This document shows, in pieces, positions 37,986 to 47,874 of a DNA stretch of 64,000 nt. The DNA is from Bdellovibrionales bacterium (GTDB lineage: Bacteria > Bdellovibrionota > Bdellovibrionia > Bdellovibrionales > JAGQZY01): assembly GCA_964230645.1 (NCBI GenBank), contig CAXRHT010000001.1, forward strand, positions 736,001-800,000. Direction: 5' to 3'. The stretch's first letter is position 1, and every line of letters starts with the position of its first letter. The notes below the pieces were generated by a model. The model made no database searches and was not told where the DNA came from. It worked only from the letters and a program-made list of their open reading frames with translations. The translations under genes were made by a program, and so were the position numbers.

Positions 37986-39383
37986 CTATTCGAACTCTAT
38001 GTCCTCATCTTCAAAAGGAAGGTCACTGCCCTCTCCGGGCTCCTGGAAATCAAGGCCCGTTTCGATGCTATCTAAGTCATCCAGCTCTGACTGAGTTGTC
38101 GTGGGACGCACAAGTGTCGGCGCACCCGTTTCGTCCCCTGGCAAAATAACATCATTGGAACTTATTACGAAAGCCGAAGCCAATTTTGGCTCCGCACGAA
38201 AGACTTTTATATGAGCGATGGGCGTTGGACTCTTGTCGATGACAGGCTCATCGTAGCGTATGTCTCTTCTCTTGTAGATTCCTAGTATATCACCCTTGCG
38301 CAGCCCCCTATTGGTTCCTCCGCCTAAATAAACCACGTCACTTTGGCCGTAAACGCGAGAGGTATTTTCTAAGCCACCGCCAATGATTCTCACCGCGACA
38401 TCAGAGGGTCGGCCAGCGTAATCATCGGCAAAGGTTGGGATTTGCTCTCTGGAAATCCATGGATTTCCCTTTACGCCAGAAAGACTACGGATGATCACAC
38501 CACGATATAAGGTCTTATTAATTTTTTCACCGATTTCCACAGTACCCATATAGCTGATGACATCACCATCAAAACCATTGCGATCAAATTCATAATCACG
38601 CCCCATGACCGTGAATCTTTCTCCAATTTTTAAGTCCTCCTCGGACCGAATATAAACTTTTTGATTTAGACCCACTAAAATAACGTCGTCTTCTGATTCT
38701 ACAAGCCTTCCAATACGAGGATAATCGCGAGCCAAGCCTCCATATAGAAAGGAACTGGCGACAAAAAGAGGATTCACTCGAACCGGAGGACGAATATCCA
38801 TACTCACCCCTTTTTCATCATACTTGGAAGCATCATAAGAGTCCGAGTTTTGAAAGGAGGATGGAATCGGCTGCACGGGCCTGATGGCTCTTTTTCTGCC
38901 AGGTATTTTTGGGGCCCCTGGATAAAGACTTCGTCGAATTCTCTCGTCTTTAGGGTCTACGGACTCTCCTTCAACAATAACAAAACCACTTAAGGGGGCC
39001 GCCTGATCAAAATTTTCACCAGTGGGCTCGATACTCACTCCGGGAGGCAAATCCATGGATCCACTAAAAAACTCGATCTTCTGTCCCACAGAGAGTAAAT
39101 GGGGATTGGTTAAGGTCGAATTATAGGACCAAATTTTTGGCCAGAAAAAACCATCTCCAAAAAAAATGGTACTTAAATCCCAGAGGGTATCCCCTTCCGA
39201 GATCGTGTAAGAACGTTGGGAAAGGTTAGTAACATATTGAGCCCACTGAGCATCACTGATTTCTTCGTCGTAGGAACTCTTATAGATATTATACATTCTC
39301 TGCTCAAAGCTAGTTTGAGACTGAGCTCCTAACCAAGAAGTTGTTAGTAGGATTAAAATAAGGAGGACGGCACGAAGCTTCAT
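37986..39383 (-). CDS. LysM peptidoglycan-binding protein (TsaP-like)
   Basis: Signal peptide and YTISEGDTLWDLS...FWPKIWSYN..LTNPHLL..G. Lies upstream of dprA, the usual position for this family. Confidence 0.85.
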   Translation of the reverse strand: MKLRAVLLILILLTTSWLGAQSQTSFEQRMYNIYKSSYDEEISDAQWAQYVTNLSQRSYTISEGDTLWDLSTIFFGDGFFWPKIWSYNSTLTNPHLLSVGQKIEFFSGSMDLPPGVSIEPTGENFDQAAPLSGFVIVEGESVDPKDERIRRSLYPGAPKIPGRKRAIRPVQPIPSSFQNSDSYDASKYDEKGVSMDIRPPVRVNPLFVASSFLYGGLARDYPRIGRLVESEDDVILVGLNQKVYIRSEEDLKIGERFTVMGRDYEFDRNGFDGDVISYMGTVEIGEKINKTLYRGVIIRSLSGVKGNPWISREQIPTFADDYAGRPSDVAVRIIGGGLENTSRVYGQSDVVYLGGGTNRGLRKGDILGIYKRRDIRYDEPVIDKSPTPIAHIKVFRAEPKLASAFVISSNDVILPGDETGAPTLVRPTTTQSELDDLDSIETGLDFQEPGEGSDLPFEDEDIEFE

Positions 39384-39826
39384 CGCGTGCGACGACTCCT
39401 CGGTGCAACAGCTTGTAGTTTTTTGTAGCGATTTCTCTCAGCTATTGCTTGTTTTTCAAGCCCCATCTTTTTGAAGATGGAATATCGGTAGCGGGCTAAA
39501 AGCTTGTTTCTGGGATACTCCTCTTTAAGCTTGGAACTCAGTTTTAAAGCTCTGACCCAGTCTTTTTTCTTTACGGCTTTTACCAAGGGGCGAATCGCGA
39601 GTTTAATACTCTTTTTCACTGGCTTTTTCGCCCAGCGATTCGCCTTGAGTTTTGATATCACTCTTTGTTTGCGCACCAGCTCTTTTTCTAAACTTTGTAT
39701 CCGTCTTTGCTGCACGTTCAGGATCCGCTTTTGCTTACCGGAAGTTGCGCAACCGGAAACTATAAATAGCGAGGAAAGAAAAAGGCAATACATTATTTTA
39801 TGGAATTTTAAATTTTTTTTCTTCAT
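39380..39826 (-). CDS. basic lipoprotein with coiled coil and TPR-like helix pair (CpoB/YbgF-like, short)
   Basis: Lipobox VSGC, coiled coil, LKEEYPRN, and ATGA overlap with the LysM gene. Confidence 0.6.
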   Translation of the reverse strand: MKKKNLKFHKIMYCLFLSSLFIVSGCATSGKQKRILNVQQRRIQSLEKELVRKQRVISKLKANRWAKKPVKKSIKLAIRPLVKAVKKKDWVRALKLSSKLKEEYPRNKLLARYRYSIFKKMGLEKQAIAERNRYKKLQAVAPRSRRTR

Positions 39827-39957
39827 AGAAATATTGTAGCGGTCCCCCTTCCCATAGAGCAAGTGGACGATTTTAAAAGTGCTCGAAAAATTGTCAGATT
39901 GACCCTAAAAATCCCCCTCAACTCAAAAATAAAAAGCAGAGACGCTCGATTTTTCAT

Positions 39958-40062
39958 CAATCCACAGCCTTTTTCCACACACTTTGTGGAATGGTCACCA
40001 CCCTAGACCTTAGACCCAGGTCCTAGAGCGGATTTCAGCGAATTGCACAGGTTTTATCCACA
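39958..40062. promoter_or_regulatory. DnaA-box cluster
   Basis: Perfect TTWTNCACA boxes at 39971 (TTTTCCACA) and 40054 (TTATCCACA). Two-mismatch boxes at 39958, 39985 (reverse) and 40041. Confidence 0.65.
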
Positions 40063-40196
40063 CTTAAATAACTGAAATCACACAGATTTGAGCATAAAAT
40101 CTAAAAGGAAATCAGAATCTGAAATGTCCGGTCGGACAGCTAAAAAAATGCACTCTTTTTACTCAATTTAGTCTTTGAGTCATTTTTGCAATCCCG

Positions 40197-41072
40197 TTGA
40201 CTGTGTTTTCAAAATTCTCTTTTTTATTTTTTGCTTTCATTCTTCTTTATTGGACCTTTTTTGAAAATTCATACTTTAGTTTAGACCTCCACACACTCTG
40301 TATGAACCACAGCCCGAACACTGCGTGGAGGTTTATCTACCAAGCTTTGGTGTGTGGAGAGAAGCTCCCACAATCCGCCCAAAAAATAACACTACAAAAC
40401 ATAGGGCTTATTCACTTATTTGTAGTATCAGGAGCTCACCTCCATTTACTCAAATATTTTTTGGACAAAATCACCAAAGGGAAAGTTCCCTTCTTTATTG
40501 AAGTCTTTCTACTTTTTATTTTTGTTGCCATCTGCAATTTTCAGATCACAGCCTTAAGAGCGTGGATTCAGATTCTTTTAAATAAAGGGAATCAGGTTTT
40601 TTACCTTAACTATAGCCGCTTTCAAATTTTACTGCTCAGTGTGCTATCCTGTTTATTAATAAATCCAAGTAAAATCACTTCTCTTTCTTTGGTACTAAGC
40701 TGGGGAGCCTGTTTAGGTCTTTTCAGTTTTTCCTCATTTTTTCTTAGGTCTTTTGCTTGTTACCTTATTCTCTTTCCTGTCATAAACGCCTTTTCCTACC
40801 TGAGTCCTTGGAGTGTCGTTATTAATGCTTTTATCTCACCAATCATTGCGTGCTTTCTCTTTCCTTTGACTCTGATGAGTTTCGCGCTCTCACCGCTTGT
40901 TCCTATGACAGACTCTTTATGGAGTGCCTGCTTTTATCTTTTGAACTTTTTGGACATGAGCTTAAACAAACCTCAAGCCAGCCAGAGCTTTGTACAATCG
41001 CTGCCATACTGGTTTTATGTTTTGTTTATACATTTTTTCATGGAACAACTTTTTAGAAAGAAAAGTTTATGA
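40197..41072 (+). CDS. comEC: ComEC/Rec2 competence membrane domain (split comEC, part 1)
   Basis: GLIHLFVVSGAHL, ALRA, LINP...SLVLSW, and polytopic hydrophobicity. The start is uncertain (TTG). Confidence 0.85.
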   Translation: MTVFSKFSFLFFAFILLYWTFFENSYFSLDLHTLCMNHSPNTAWRFIYQALVCGEKLPQSAQKITLQNIGLIHLFVVSGAHLHLLKYFLDKITKGKVPFFIEVFLLFIFVAICNFQITALRAWIQILLNKGNQVFYLNYSRFQILLLSVLSCLLINPSKITSLSLVLSWGACLGLFSFSSFFLRSFACYLILFPVINAFSYLSPWSVVINAFISPIIACFLFPLTLMSFALSPLVPMTDSLWSACFYLLNFLDMSLNKPQASQSFVQSLPYWFYVLFIHFFMEQLFRKKSL

Positions 41073-41776
41073 AGAAAATTTCAGTGATCTTGCTAATAAC
41101 GGTTCTCTTACCTCAAAATGTATCTGAACAACCTCTTTTTGACTTTGTGATCTGGAACGTTGGCCAGGGTCTATGGACAAGTTTTATTACTCCCCAGAAC
41201 TGTTTTCATATTGATATGGGAGGCGAAGTTTTCCCTCAACCGGTCGTAAACCTTTGTCGAAAAAAAGACAATTTTTTGATGTTAACTCATGAGGACTGGG
41301 ATCACGTCAACTTTATCTCTCGTTTTAAAAATCAAGTTTTTTCGTTCTGCCTTTTCCCCACAAAACCACCTGCAAAAAGCTACTTGAATTCCCTCACAAA
41401 GTGCTCAAAACCTCTGCCCCCTTTTATAGAGATCGTCTCCCGAGGAAAACCAAAGGGGTCAGAAAATGAGCAGAGTGTGGTGTATTTACTCAAAAATCAG
41501 ATACTGATTCCAGGGGACACCACCAAAAAAGAGGAGATAAAGTGGACTCACACTCTTCCCCGCAAAATCCGCTTTCTCATACTTGCCCATCATGGCAGTA
41601 ACACAAGCACGTCTTCCCAGCTTCTCAGACGAGCTGATTTTAAAATGGCCATTGCTAGCGCCAGAAAGAAACGCTACGGGCATCCTCACCCAAAGGTGCT
41701 ATCAAGACTCAGAAAAGCCCAGGTGGGACTTTTACAAACAGAACAAATGGGGCACATTTATTTAGAGCTCCCATAA
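41069..41776 (+). CDS. ComEC-type metallo-beta-lactamase-fold nuclease (split comEC, part 2)
   Basis: NVGQG, DMG, THEDWDH, PGD, AHHGS and YGHPH motifs, with its own N-terminal signal sequence. Confidence 0.88.
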   Translation: MKKISVILLITVLLPQNVSEQPLFDFVIWNVGQGLWTSFITPQNCFHIDMGGEVFPQPVVNLCRKKDNFLMLTHEDWDHVNFISRFKNQVFSFCLFPTKPPAKSYLNSLTKCSKPLPPFIEIVSRGKPKGSENEQSVVYLLKNQILIPGDTTKKEEIKWTHTLPRKIRFLILAHHGSNTSTSSQLLRRADFKMAIASARKKRYGHPHPKVLSRLRKAQVGLLQTEQMGHIYLELP

Positions 41777-41812
41777 AAAAAAGCCGAGGACTTGCAGTCA
41801 CCCGGCTTTTTT
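41775..41812. terminator. bidirectional terminator between the comEC MBL gene and ald
   Basis: aaaaaagccg...cggctttttt inverted repeat. Confidence 0.8.
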
Positions 41813-41834
41813 GATCTTCCTACTTTTTAAGTGA

Positions 41835-42950
41835 TTAAATCATTTTAGAAAATGGAACATACTCCATTCCTAGATCAGAGGCCACAGCCTCATAGGTGAC
41901 CTTACCACCGTAAACGTTCACCCCTTTTTCTAGAAGTGGACGAGCCTTTACAGCCTCTTCAAGACCCATTTTAGCGATCAGGGAAGCATAATTGAAAGTA
42001 ACATTTGTCAGAGCGTAGGTTGACGTACGCGCAACAACTCCAGGCATATTAGGTACACAGTAGTGAATGACATCATTAATGGTAAAAGTGGGATGAGTGT
42101 GGCTGGTTGGCTTACAAGTTTCGATACAGCCACCTTGATCGACGGCCACGTCCACGACCACAGAGCCTGGCATCATGCTCTCGATCATATCTTTAGTCAC
42201 AAGCTTAGGAGCTTTACGACCGGCTAACAAAACAGCCCCGATCACAAGGTCGGATTCGGCCACAGAGTCTTCGATGTTTTGTTGATTCGAGTACACAGTA
42301 TTAATTTTACCGGCAAAAATATGATCCAAGTACTCTAAGCGAGAGTGGTTCACATCAAGAATTCTAACTTCAGCTCCCAGTCCCACGGCCATTTGAGCAG
42401 CGTTGGTTCCAACAATTCCGCCACCAAGAATCGTAACACGTCCACGCTTAACACCTGTAACTCCACCGAGAAGGATACCCATCCCCCCTTTGTCTCTTTG
42501 TAGATAAAAAGCACCCACCTGTGTGGCCATACGGCCTGCCACCTCAGACATTGGAGTAAGCAGAGGAAGACTTCCTCTTTCATCTTCAATGGTTTCATAG
42601 GCGACGGCTTTAACATTTTTTTCAACTAACACTTTTGTCAGTTGTGGCTCAGCCGCCAAGTGAAGGTATGTGTATAAAATTTGGTTTTCTTTGAGGAGAT
42701 CGTACTCATCGGGAAGGGGCTCTTTCACCTTGATGATCATGTCAGCCGCTTCATAAATTTCCTTGGCCGTTTCAAGAAGTTTGGCACCCGCTTCCACGTA
42801 GTCTTCGTTGGTAATCCAGCAACCAAGCCCGGCATCTTTTTGCACATAAACGGTATGACCCTGGTGAACCAACTGGCGCACACCCGCTTCTGTTAAGCCC
42901 ACTCGATTTTCACTAATTTTAATCTCTTTTGGAACACCGATAATCATCAT
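41835..42950 (-). CDS. ald: alanine dehydrogenase
   Basis: IGVPKEIK..ENRV, KVKEP, YLHLA, PMSEVAGR, DVAVDQGG and HYCVPNMPG. Confidence 0.97.
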   Translation of the reverse strand: MMIIGVPKEIKISENRVGLTEAGVRQLVHQGHTVYVQKDAGLGCWITNEDYVEAGAKLLETAKEIYEAADMIIKVKEPLPDEYDLLKENQILYTYLHLAAEPQLTKVLVEKNVKAVAYETIEDERGSLPLLTPMSEVAGRMATQVGAFYLQRDKGGMGILLGGVTGVKRGRVTILGGGIVGTNAAQMAVGLGAEVRILDVNHSRLEYLDHIFAGKINTVYSNQQNIEDSVAESDLVIGAVLLAGRKAPKLVTKDMIESMMPGSVVVDVAVDQGGCIETCKPTSHTHPTFTINDVIHYCVPNMPGVVARTSTYALTNVTFNYASLIAKMGLEEAVKARPLLEKGVNVYGGKVTYEAVASDLGMEYVPFSKMI

Positions 42951-42960
42951 TCACTCCTTA

Positions 42961-43124
42961 GCCCAAGAAGACTTTTACACCTCTCTAGGGGCTCATTTCG
43001 ACCTGGTCCGTCGACCCAAAAATTAACGTTCATGGTGGGAGTACCTTTAGGACCACAAAGGGTCAAGTCATTCCGCCAACTTGCAGGGGAACTGTCTAAG
43101 ACTGTCATAGTGTAATTCTTAGGC
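42961..43124 (-). ncRNA. candidate structured RNA (ald leader or small RNA; family not identified)
   Basis: The ends pair (gccuaagaa/uucuugggc and uuacac/guguaa). Internal uugaccc/gggucga stem, and a ccuuu/aaagg hairpin whose loop uggucc is complementary to downstream ggacca. Confidence 0.3.
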
Positions 43125-44027
43125 GCGCCCGCTAAAGGGTAACTCAAAGCTTTCAAACTCTGGCAGGCCTCCACCAAGTTCGAGCTCCTGGTAGCTATCA
43201 GGGGTGTCTAAGATCTTTTTTACCAGTTGGTTTAAAAGATCATGACCGGCTTTATAAAGAACCACATGGCCCATAAGAGGACGCCCAAGAGTCATCAAAT
43301 CACCTAAGGCATCCATGGCTTTATGACGGACGAATTCGTTCTCGTAGCGAAGCCCCTCGGGGTTCACAATCGTCGTTTCATCCACAGCAATAGCGTTCTC
43401 TAGTGAAGCTCCCATCGCTAAGCCCATTTCTCGCATTTTCTCGATATCTTTTACGAAACCAAAAGTTCGGGCTGGGGCCAATTCTTTAGCAAAGGTGTGC
43501 TCATTGATATCCACATCCACAAACTGTTGTCCGATCATTTTATGATCAAAATCGATGGTGCAGCTCACTCGAAGGCCATTATAAGGCACAACATAGGCAT
43601 GCTTCTCTTCGGTTCCACAGTAGATCGGCTTTGTAATATAAACGTATTTTCTTGGCTCGGATTGTTCAATGGTGCCTACTTTACGAATCTCATCCATAAA
43701 TACTTTGGCACTTCCGTCGCCGATGGGAATTTCACTGCCCTTAAGCTCCAAATAAACATTATCAATTCGAAAAGCGGCTAGAGTGGACAGACAATGCTCA
43801 ACGGTGGAAACCATGAAACGATCCGTCCCTAAAGTTGTGGCAAGAGATGTGGCTTTGACATGATCTACATGAATGGGAACTGAAGGACAGCCCTCAAGAT
43901 CCGTACGTACCAAATGAATGCCTGCGTTGGCCGGGGCCGGACAAAAAGAAAGGGAAGTTTCGATCCCTTTATGGAGTCCCACTCCTTTAATAATCGCTTT
44001 GTTTTTCAACGTCTTCTGCAGATACAA
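43119..44027 (-). CDS. lpxC: UDP-3-O-acyl-GlcNAc deacetylase
   Basis: QKTL...GVGLH, STVEH, PIGDGSA, ARTFGF, EFVRHKAMD and AGH. Confidence 0.97.
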   Translation of the reverse strand: MYLQKTLKNKAIIKGVGLHKGIETSLSFCPAPANAGIHLVRTDLEGCPSVPIHVDHVKATSLATTLGTDRFMVSTVEHCLSTLAAFRIDNVYLELKGSEIPIGDGSAKVFMDEIRKVGTIEQSEPRKYVYITKPIYCGTEEKHAYVVPYNGLRVSCTIDFDHKMIGQQFVDVDINEHTFAKELAPARTFGFVKDIEKMREMGLAMGASLENAIAVDETTIVNPEGLRYENEFVRHKAMDALGDLMTLGRPLMGHVVLYKAGHDLLNQLVKKILDTPDSYQELELGGGLPEFESFELPFSGRA

Positions 44028-44034
44028 CTTTCAC

Positions 44035-45039
44035 CTACAATGATTGGAAGTGTTTTTTCCCTAGATCCGTAATCACTCGTCCACGAGGGGTTTTTTGAAT
44101 CAAGCCCTCTTGGATCAGATAAGGTTCATAAACCTCTTCAATCGTTCCTTTGTCTTCAGATAAACCAGCGGATAATGTTTCAATTCCGACAGGCCCACCC
44201 GCAAATTTGTTTAAGATTATACCTAGAACTTTGCGATCCATGTCGTCAAGTCCCAGATGATCCACTTCCATCTTATCGAGAGCTTTCTCAGCCAACTCTT
44301 TGTCAATTTTACCATTGTTTTGAACTTGAGCAAAATCTCTTACTCTTTTCAGTAAACGGTTGGCGATACGGGGGGTTCCCCGACTTCTCCGGGCAATCTC
44401 TAAAGCCCCCTCGTCAGCAAGCTCCACATCCAAAAGATGGGAAGAGCGCTCTAGGATTTGGATAAGTTCCTTTTTCTCATAAAATGAAAGCCTTTCCACA
44501 ATTCCAAAGCGATCGCGGAAAGGACCATTCAGAAGTCCCGCCCGTGTCGTGGCTCCAATGAGTGTGAAGGGAGCCAGCTGAAATTTCATGGAACGGGCAC
44601 CAAGCCCTTCACCCGTCATGATATCGAGATAAAAATCTTCCATCGCACTGTAAAGGTACTCCTCCACTGTGCGATTAAGACGATGGATCTCATCAATAAA
44701 TAAAATGGAGTGCTCATTAAGGCTCGTTAATAAGGCGGCTAGATCTCCCTTTTTATCAAGAGCGGGTCCTGAGGTGGTTTTAATTTCCACACCCATCTCT
44801 TTCGCCAATAAGAAAGCCAAAGTCGTCTTTCCAAGCCCTGGAGGGCCTGAGAAAAGGATATGATCAATGGGCTCGTTTCTTTTCTTTGCCGCTTCAATAT
44901 AAATTTTAAGTTTCTCGACAATCTTGGTTTGCCCGGGAAAGTCGTCAAATTGACTGGGACGCAAATTGTTTTCCCAATGACCTTCGCTGGGAATCTCGCT
45001 GGCCGATAAACTTTGATTTTCTCTAATGGAAGAATCCAC
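44035..45039 (-). CDS. ruvB: Holliday junction helicase RuvB
   Basis: [29 protein letters not shown] and EPYL...TPRGR. Confidence 0.98.
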   Translation of the reverse strand: MDSSIRENQSLSASEIPSEGHWENNLRPSQFDDFPGQTKIVEKLKIYIEAAKKRNEPIDHILFSGPPGLGKTTLAFLLAKEMGVEIKTTSGPALDKKGDLAALLTSLNEHSILFIDEIHRLNRTVEEYLYSAMEDFYLDIMTGEGLGARSMKFQLAPFTLIGATTRAGLLNGPFRDRFGIVERLSFYEKKELIQILERSSHLLDVELADEGALEIARRSRGTPRIANRLLKRVRDFAQVQNNGKIDKELAEKALDKMEVDHLGLDDMDRKVLGIILNKFAGGPVGIETLSAGLSEDKGTIEEVYEPYLIQEGLIQKTPRGRVITDLGKKHFQSL

Positions 45040-45055
45040 AATGACTCCTTAAAAA

Positions 45056-45631
45056 TTAACGGGAAAGCAGACGAAGACTTTCGCGAACCCCTTCTTCAAA
45101 CTCAACATCTTTGGGGAGGTTGTAGACGACCTCTTCGACTTCTGCACTTCGAAAACCCAGATGAGTAAGAGCCGAGAGAATCTCTTGATGGGGCTTAGGC
45201 GCTTTGTTTTGAGGATTTTCTTTTTGTTTGTCTAAGACCAAATCCCCTTTCAAGGTGAGGATCATCTGTTCCGCCGTCTTTTTTCCCACCTTCGGTAAAG
45301 CCGTGAGAGCTTTGACATCTTTAGCCTCAATGGCATCGATAATGTGATCAAGACTGGCTCCTGAAAGAATTTGAATGGCCATTTTCGGACCAATTCCTTT
45401 AACTTTAGTGAGACTTAAAAAAAGCTTTTTCTCCACTTTACTAGAAAAGCCGAAAAGAGTGAGTTGATCCTCTCTTACGTGGGTATAGATCCAAAGCTGC
45501 ACCACCTTGCGATCGGCCACATCATCAACGGTGTTCGTTGAGCAAGTGATCTCATAGCCCACCCCTCGACACAAAATTGTGAGCACACCTTCTTCGTTAT
45601 CTATAATTTGCCCTGACAAAAATGAAATCAT
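45056..45631 (-). CDS. ruvA: Holliday junction binding protein RuvA
   Basis: GVGY, HVRED...LFGF, VKGIGPK, VGKKTA and ALTHLGF. Confidence 0.97.
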   Translation of the reverse strand: MISFLSGQIIDNEEGVLTILCRGVGYEITCSTNTVDDVADRKVVQLWIYTHVREDQLTLFGFSSKVEKKLFLSLTKVKGIGPKMAIQILSGASLDHIIDAIEAKDVKALTALPKVGKKTAEQMILTLKGDLVLDKQKENPQNKAPKPHQEILSALTHLGFRSAEVEEVVYNLPKDVEFEEGVRESLRLLSR

Positions 45632-46134
45632 CGCATCTCCATTCCCCGCTGTTTGCGAGTCACACTATGGTGCAAAACATGACAAAAAGCGAGAGCTAGT
45701 GCATCGGAGGCGTCCATGGGGAGTCCTTGATCCCTTAGGCCAAGTTGTTGATATAAAAAGGTTTTGACCATCTCTTTACTCGCACTGCCGGAACCCGTGA
45801 CCTGTTTTTTCACGGTACGAGCGGCATATTCCTTGATTTCCGCCCCACCCGCAATACATTGCGCCGCGCAAATCCCACGCACATGGCCTAATTTGAAGGC
45901 ACTGTCTACATTTTTACCTAAAAAGATTTTTTCAATCGAGGCGACTTGAGGCCTCTCCTGTTGAATCAAATGGCCCAATTCAACATTGATGGCGTGAAGA
46001 CGCTCAAACAAAGTTCCTTTTTTGGGGGCACTAATACATCCCCTTTTGACATGAACAACTTTTTGATTGTTATCAAGCTCGATCAATCCCCAGCCTAAAA
46101 TCAATGTTCCTGGATCGATTCCCAATACTTTCAT
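45628..46134 (-). CDS. ruvC: Holliday junction resolvase RuvC
   Basis: LGIDPG, IEKIF, LGHVRG, VKKQVTGSGSASK and DASDALA. Confidence 0.97.
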   Translation of the reverse strand: MKVLGIDPGTLILGWGLIELDNNQKVVHVKRGCISAPKKGTLFERLHAINVELGHLIQQERPQVASIEKIFLGKNVDSAFKLGHVRGICAAQCIAGGAEIKEYAARTVKKQVTGSGSASKEMVKTFLYQQLGLRDQGLPMDASDALALAFCHVLHHSVTRKQRGMEMR

Positions 46135-46196
46135 AGGCCCATCCTACCTTGAAGAACATTGCTTTCCCACCCAATTAATGAAAAAATTATTATGTT

Positions 46197-46961
46197 ATGA
46201 GTCAGGTGGATCCACAGAAAGTCGAAGAGCTGCAAATGCTCCTACTAAAAAACCCTCGTTCCCCAGCCTTTGCTAATCTTGCAGAGGCATACTGGAAAAT
46301 GGGAATGCTCGAGGAGGCTTTAGAGGTCACTTCCAAAGGGGTGCGCCATAATCCGGAGTACGTCTCGGGACTTGTTGCCCACGGGAAAATTCTATTTGAG
46401 CTCAAAGATTATAAAGATGCCATCCGAGTTTTAACAAAAGCTCATCTATTAAATCCGGAAAACCTTTTGGCCATCCGCCTCCTCGCTCATTGTTTTGTAA
46501 AAACCAAAGAGCATCTTGAAGCCCTCTCTCTTTTTAAAAAATTGCTTATGCTTAAGCCTAACGATGCCTCCGCCCAAAAGTTCGTTAAAGACTGGGAGTT
46601 TCTTGAAAACGTGGACGACGACCTTACCGACCGTAGTTTTGAACTGAATGATTATGGTCACTGGATTGCCAAACTCCCCAATGAACACCAGGTCCTACAC
46701 CTAATCGACTCTTTCATGAACCGAGGAGAGAATCAGAATGCCATGGACGTTGTTGACATGGCTTTGGCCCATCGGGGAGAAACTCCAGGGGTCCGAAAAC
46801 GCAAAGACCTTCTCAGAGAAGTCATGGACGAGGAAAGTGAAAGTGTCTCAGAGACTGAGGAAAATCCGGCTCTCTACTTTCTCCGCAAAAAACGCAATCT
46901 GTACGAGAAATGGCTGCATCGCATCGAAGAATTGAAAGCTCAAAATAGCCAACAGACCTAA
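46197..46961 (+). CDS. TPR protein
   Basis: N-terminal TPRs (PRSPAFANLAEAYWKMG...) and C-terminal WLHRI. Confidence 0.85.
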   Translation: MSQVDPQKVEELQMLLLKNPRSPAFANLAEAYWKMGMLEEALEVTSKGVRHNPEYVSGLVAHGKILFELKDYKDAIRVLTKAHLLNPENLLAIRLLAHCFVKTKEHLEALSLFKKLLMLKPNDASAQKFVKDWEFLENVDDDLTDRSFELNDYGHWIAKLPNEHQVLHLIDSFMNRGENQNAMDVVDMALAHRGETPGVRKRKDLLREVMDEESESVSETEENPALYFLRKKRNLYEKWLHRIEELKAQNSQQT

Positions 46962-47113
46962 TTTTTTTTAGAGCCTCAAACACTCCCTTGAAAACTCTGA
47001 GCCCCTCGATTAGCTTGTTAGTCTCTTTAACTGGGGACTTTTTGAACTTTATTTTCTTATTTATCAAAGATAAATAAAGAGCAATAATCCCGAAAATAGA
47101 AATAGGAATTTTC

Positions 47114-47677
47114 ATGTATCAGACATCCGATTTTAAAAAAGGTCTAAAAATTTTACTCGAAGGGCAACCCTATTCGATCGTTGATTTTCAACATGTAAAA
47201 CCAGGTAAGGGAAACCAATTTACCCGAACCAAATTAAAAAACATGCTAACGGGCTCGAACTTAGAAAAGACCTTCAAGTCCGGTGAAAAATTTGAAGTTC
47301 CCGATGTTATGACTCGTGATTGCCAATATCTTTACAAAGATGAAAACGGCTACCACTTTATGGACAAAGAGAACTACAGCCAAATAGCCATGCACGACGA
47401 TGATATTGGTGACAACGCCTACTACTTAATTGAAAACATGGACACGACTCTTCTGTTTTTCAATGACCGCGCCATTGATGTGGCCGTTCCTAACACTGTG
47501 GTTTTAAAAGTCACCCAGACTGACCCTGGACTAAAGGGTAATACTGTTACTGGTGGATCAAAACCCGCCGTTATGGAAACAGGTCTCACTGTGACAGTTC
47601 CACTTCATATCAATGAAGGAGATATGTTAAAAATTGACACTCGCACCGCTGAGTATATTGAGCGTTCGAATTCTTAA
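47114..47677 (+). CDS. efp: elongation factor P
   Basis: HVKPGKG, TDPGLKGNT, KPAVMETG...VPL and IDTR...Y. Confidence 0.98.
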   Translation: MYQTSDFKKGLKILLEGQPYSIVDFQHVKPGKGNQFTRTKLKNMLTGSNLEKTFKSGEKFEVPDVMTRDCQYLYKDENGYHFMDKENYSQIAMHDDDIGDNAYYLIENMDTTLLFFNDRAIDVAVPNTVVLKVTQTDPGLKGNTVTGGSKPAVMETGLTVTVPLHINEGDMLKIDTRTAEYIERSNS

Positions 47678-47874
47678 AAAAAACTTTTCTTATTGGCCGG
47701 AAGTCTTGAAAAATTTCAGGCTCACCGCAAGCTTATAAACAGCAAGACTTTCGGTGGGCCAAACCCATAAAATCGACTTTCGGCGCGCTTTGACGCATGT
47801 TAGCAGACAGTCCCAAAATTAAACGACATAATATAGATGAGAACCCACTTCCCGTTCAACTTTGAGGTGCTACA

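Noticed and set aside
39958..40190. oriC
   Set aside because: No dnaA, dnaN or gidA neighbours, no clear unwinding element, and GC skew cannot be judged here. Kept only as a DnaA-box cluster.
42980..43015. ykkC/guanidine-I riboswitch (CTAGGG...CTGGTCCG on the + strand)
   Set aside because: It is on the wrong strand for ald, and the following AGAG and 3' AAAAGCCCGGGAG elements are missing.
42947..43177. 76-aa ORF between lpxC and ald as a leader peptide
   Set aside because: It starts inside lpxC with no SD and shows no informative codon bias such as an Ala run.
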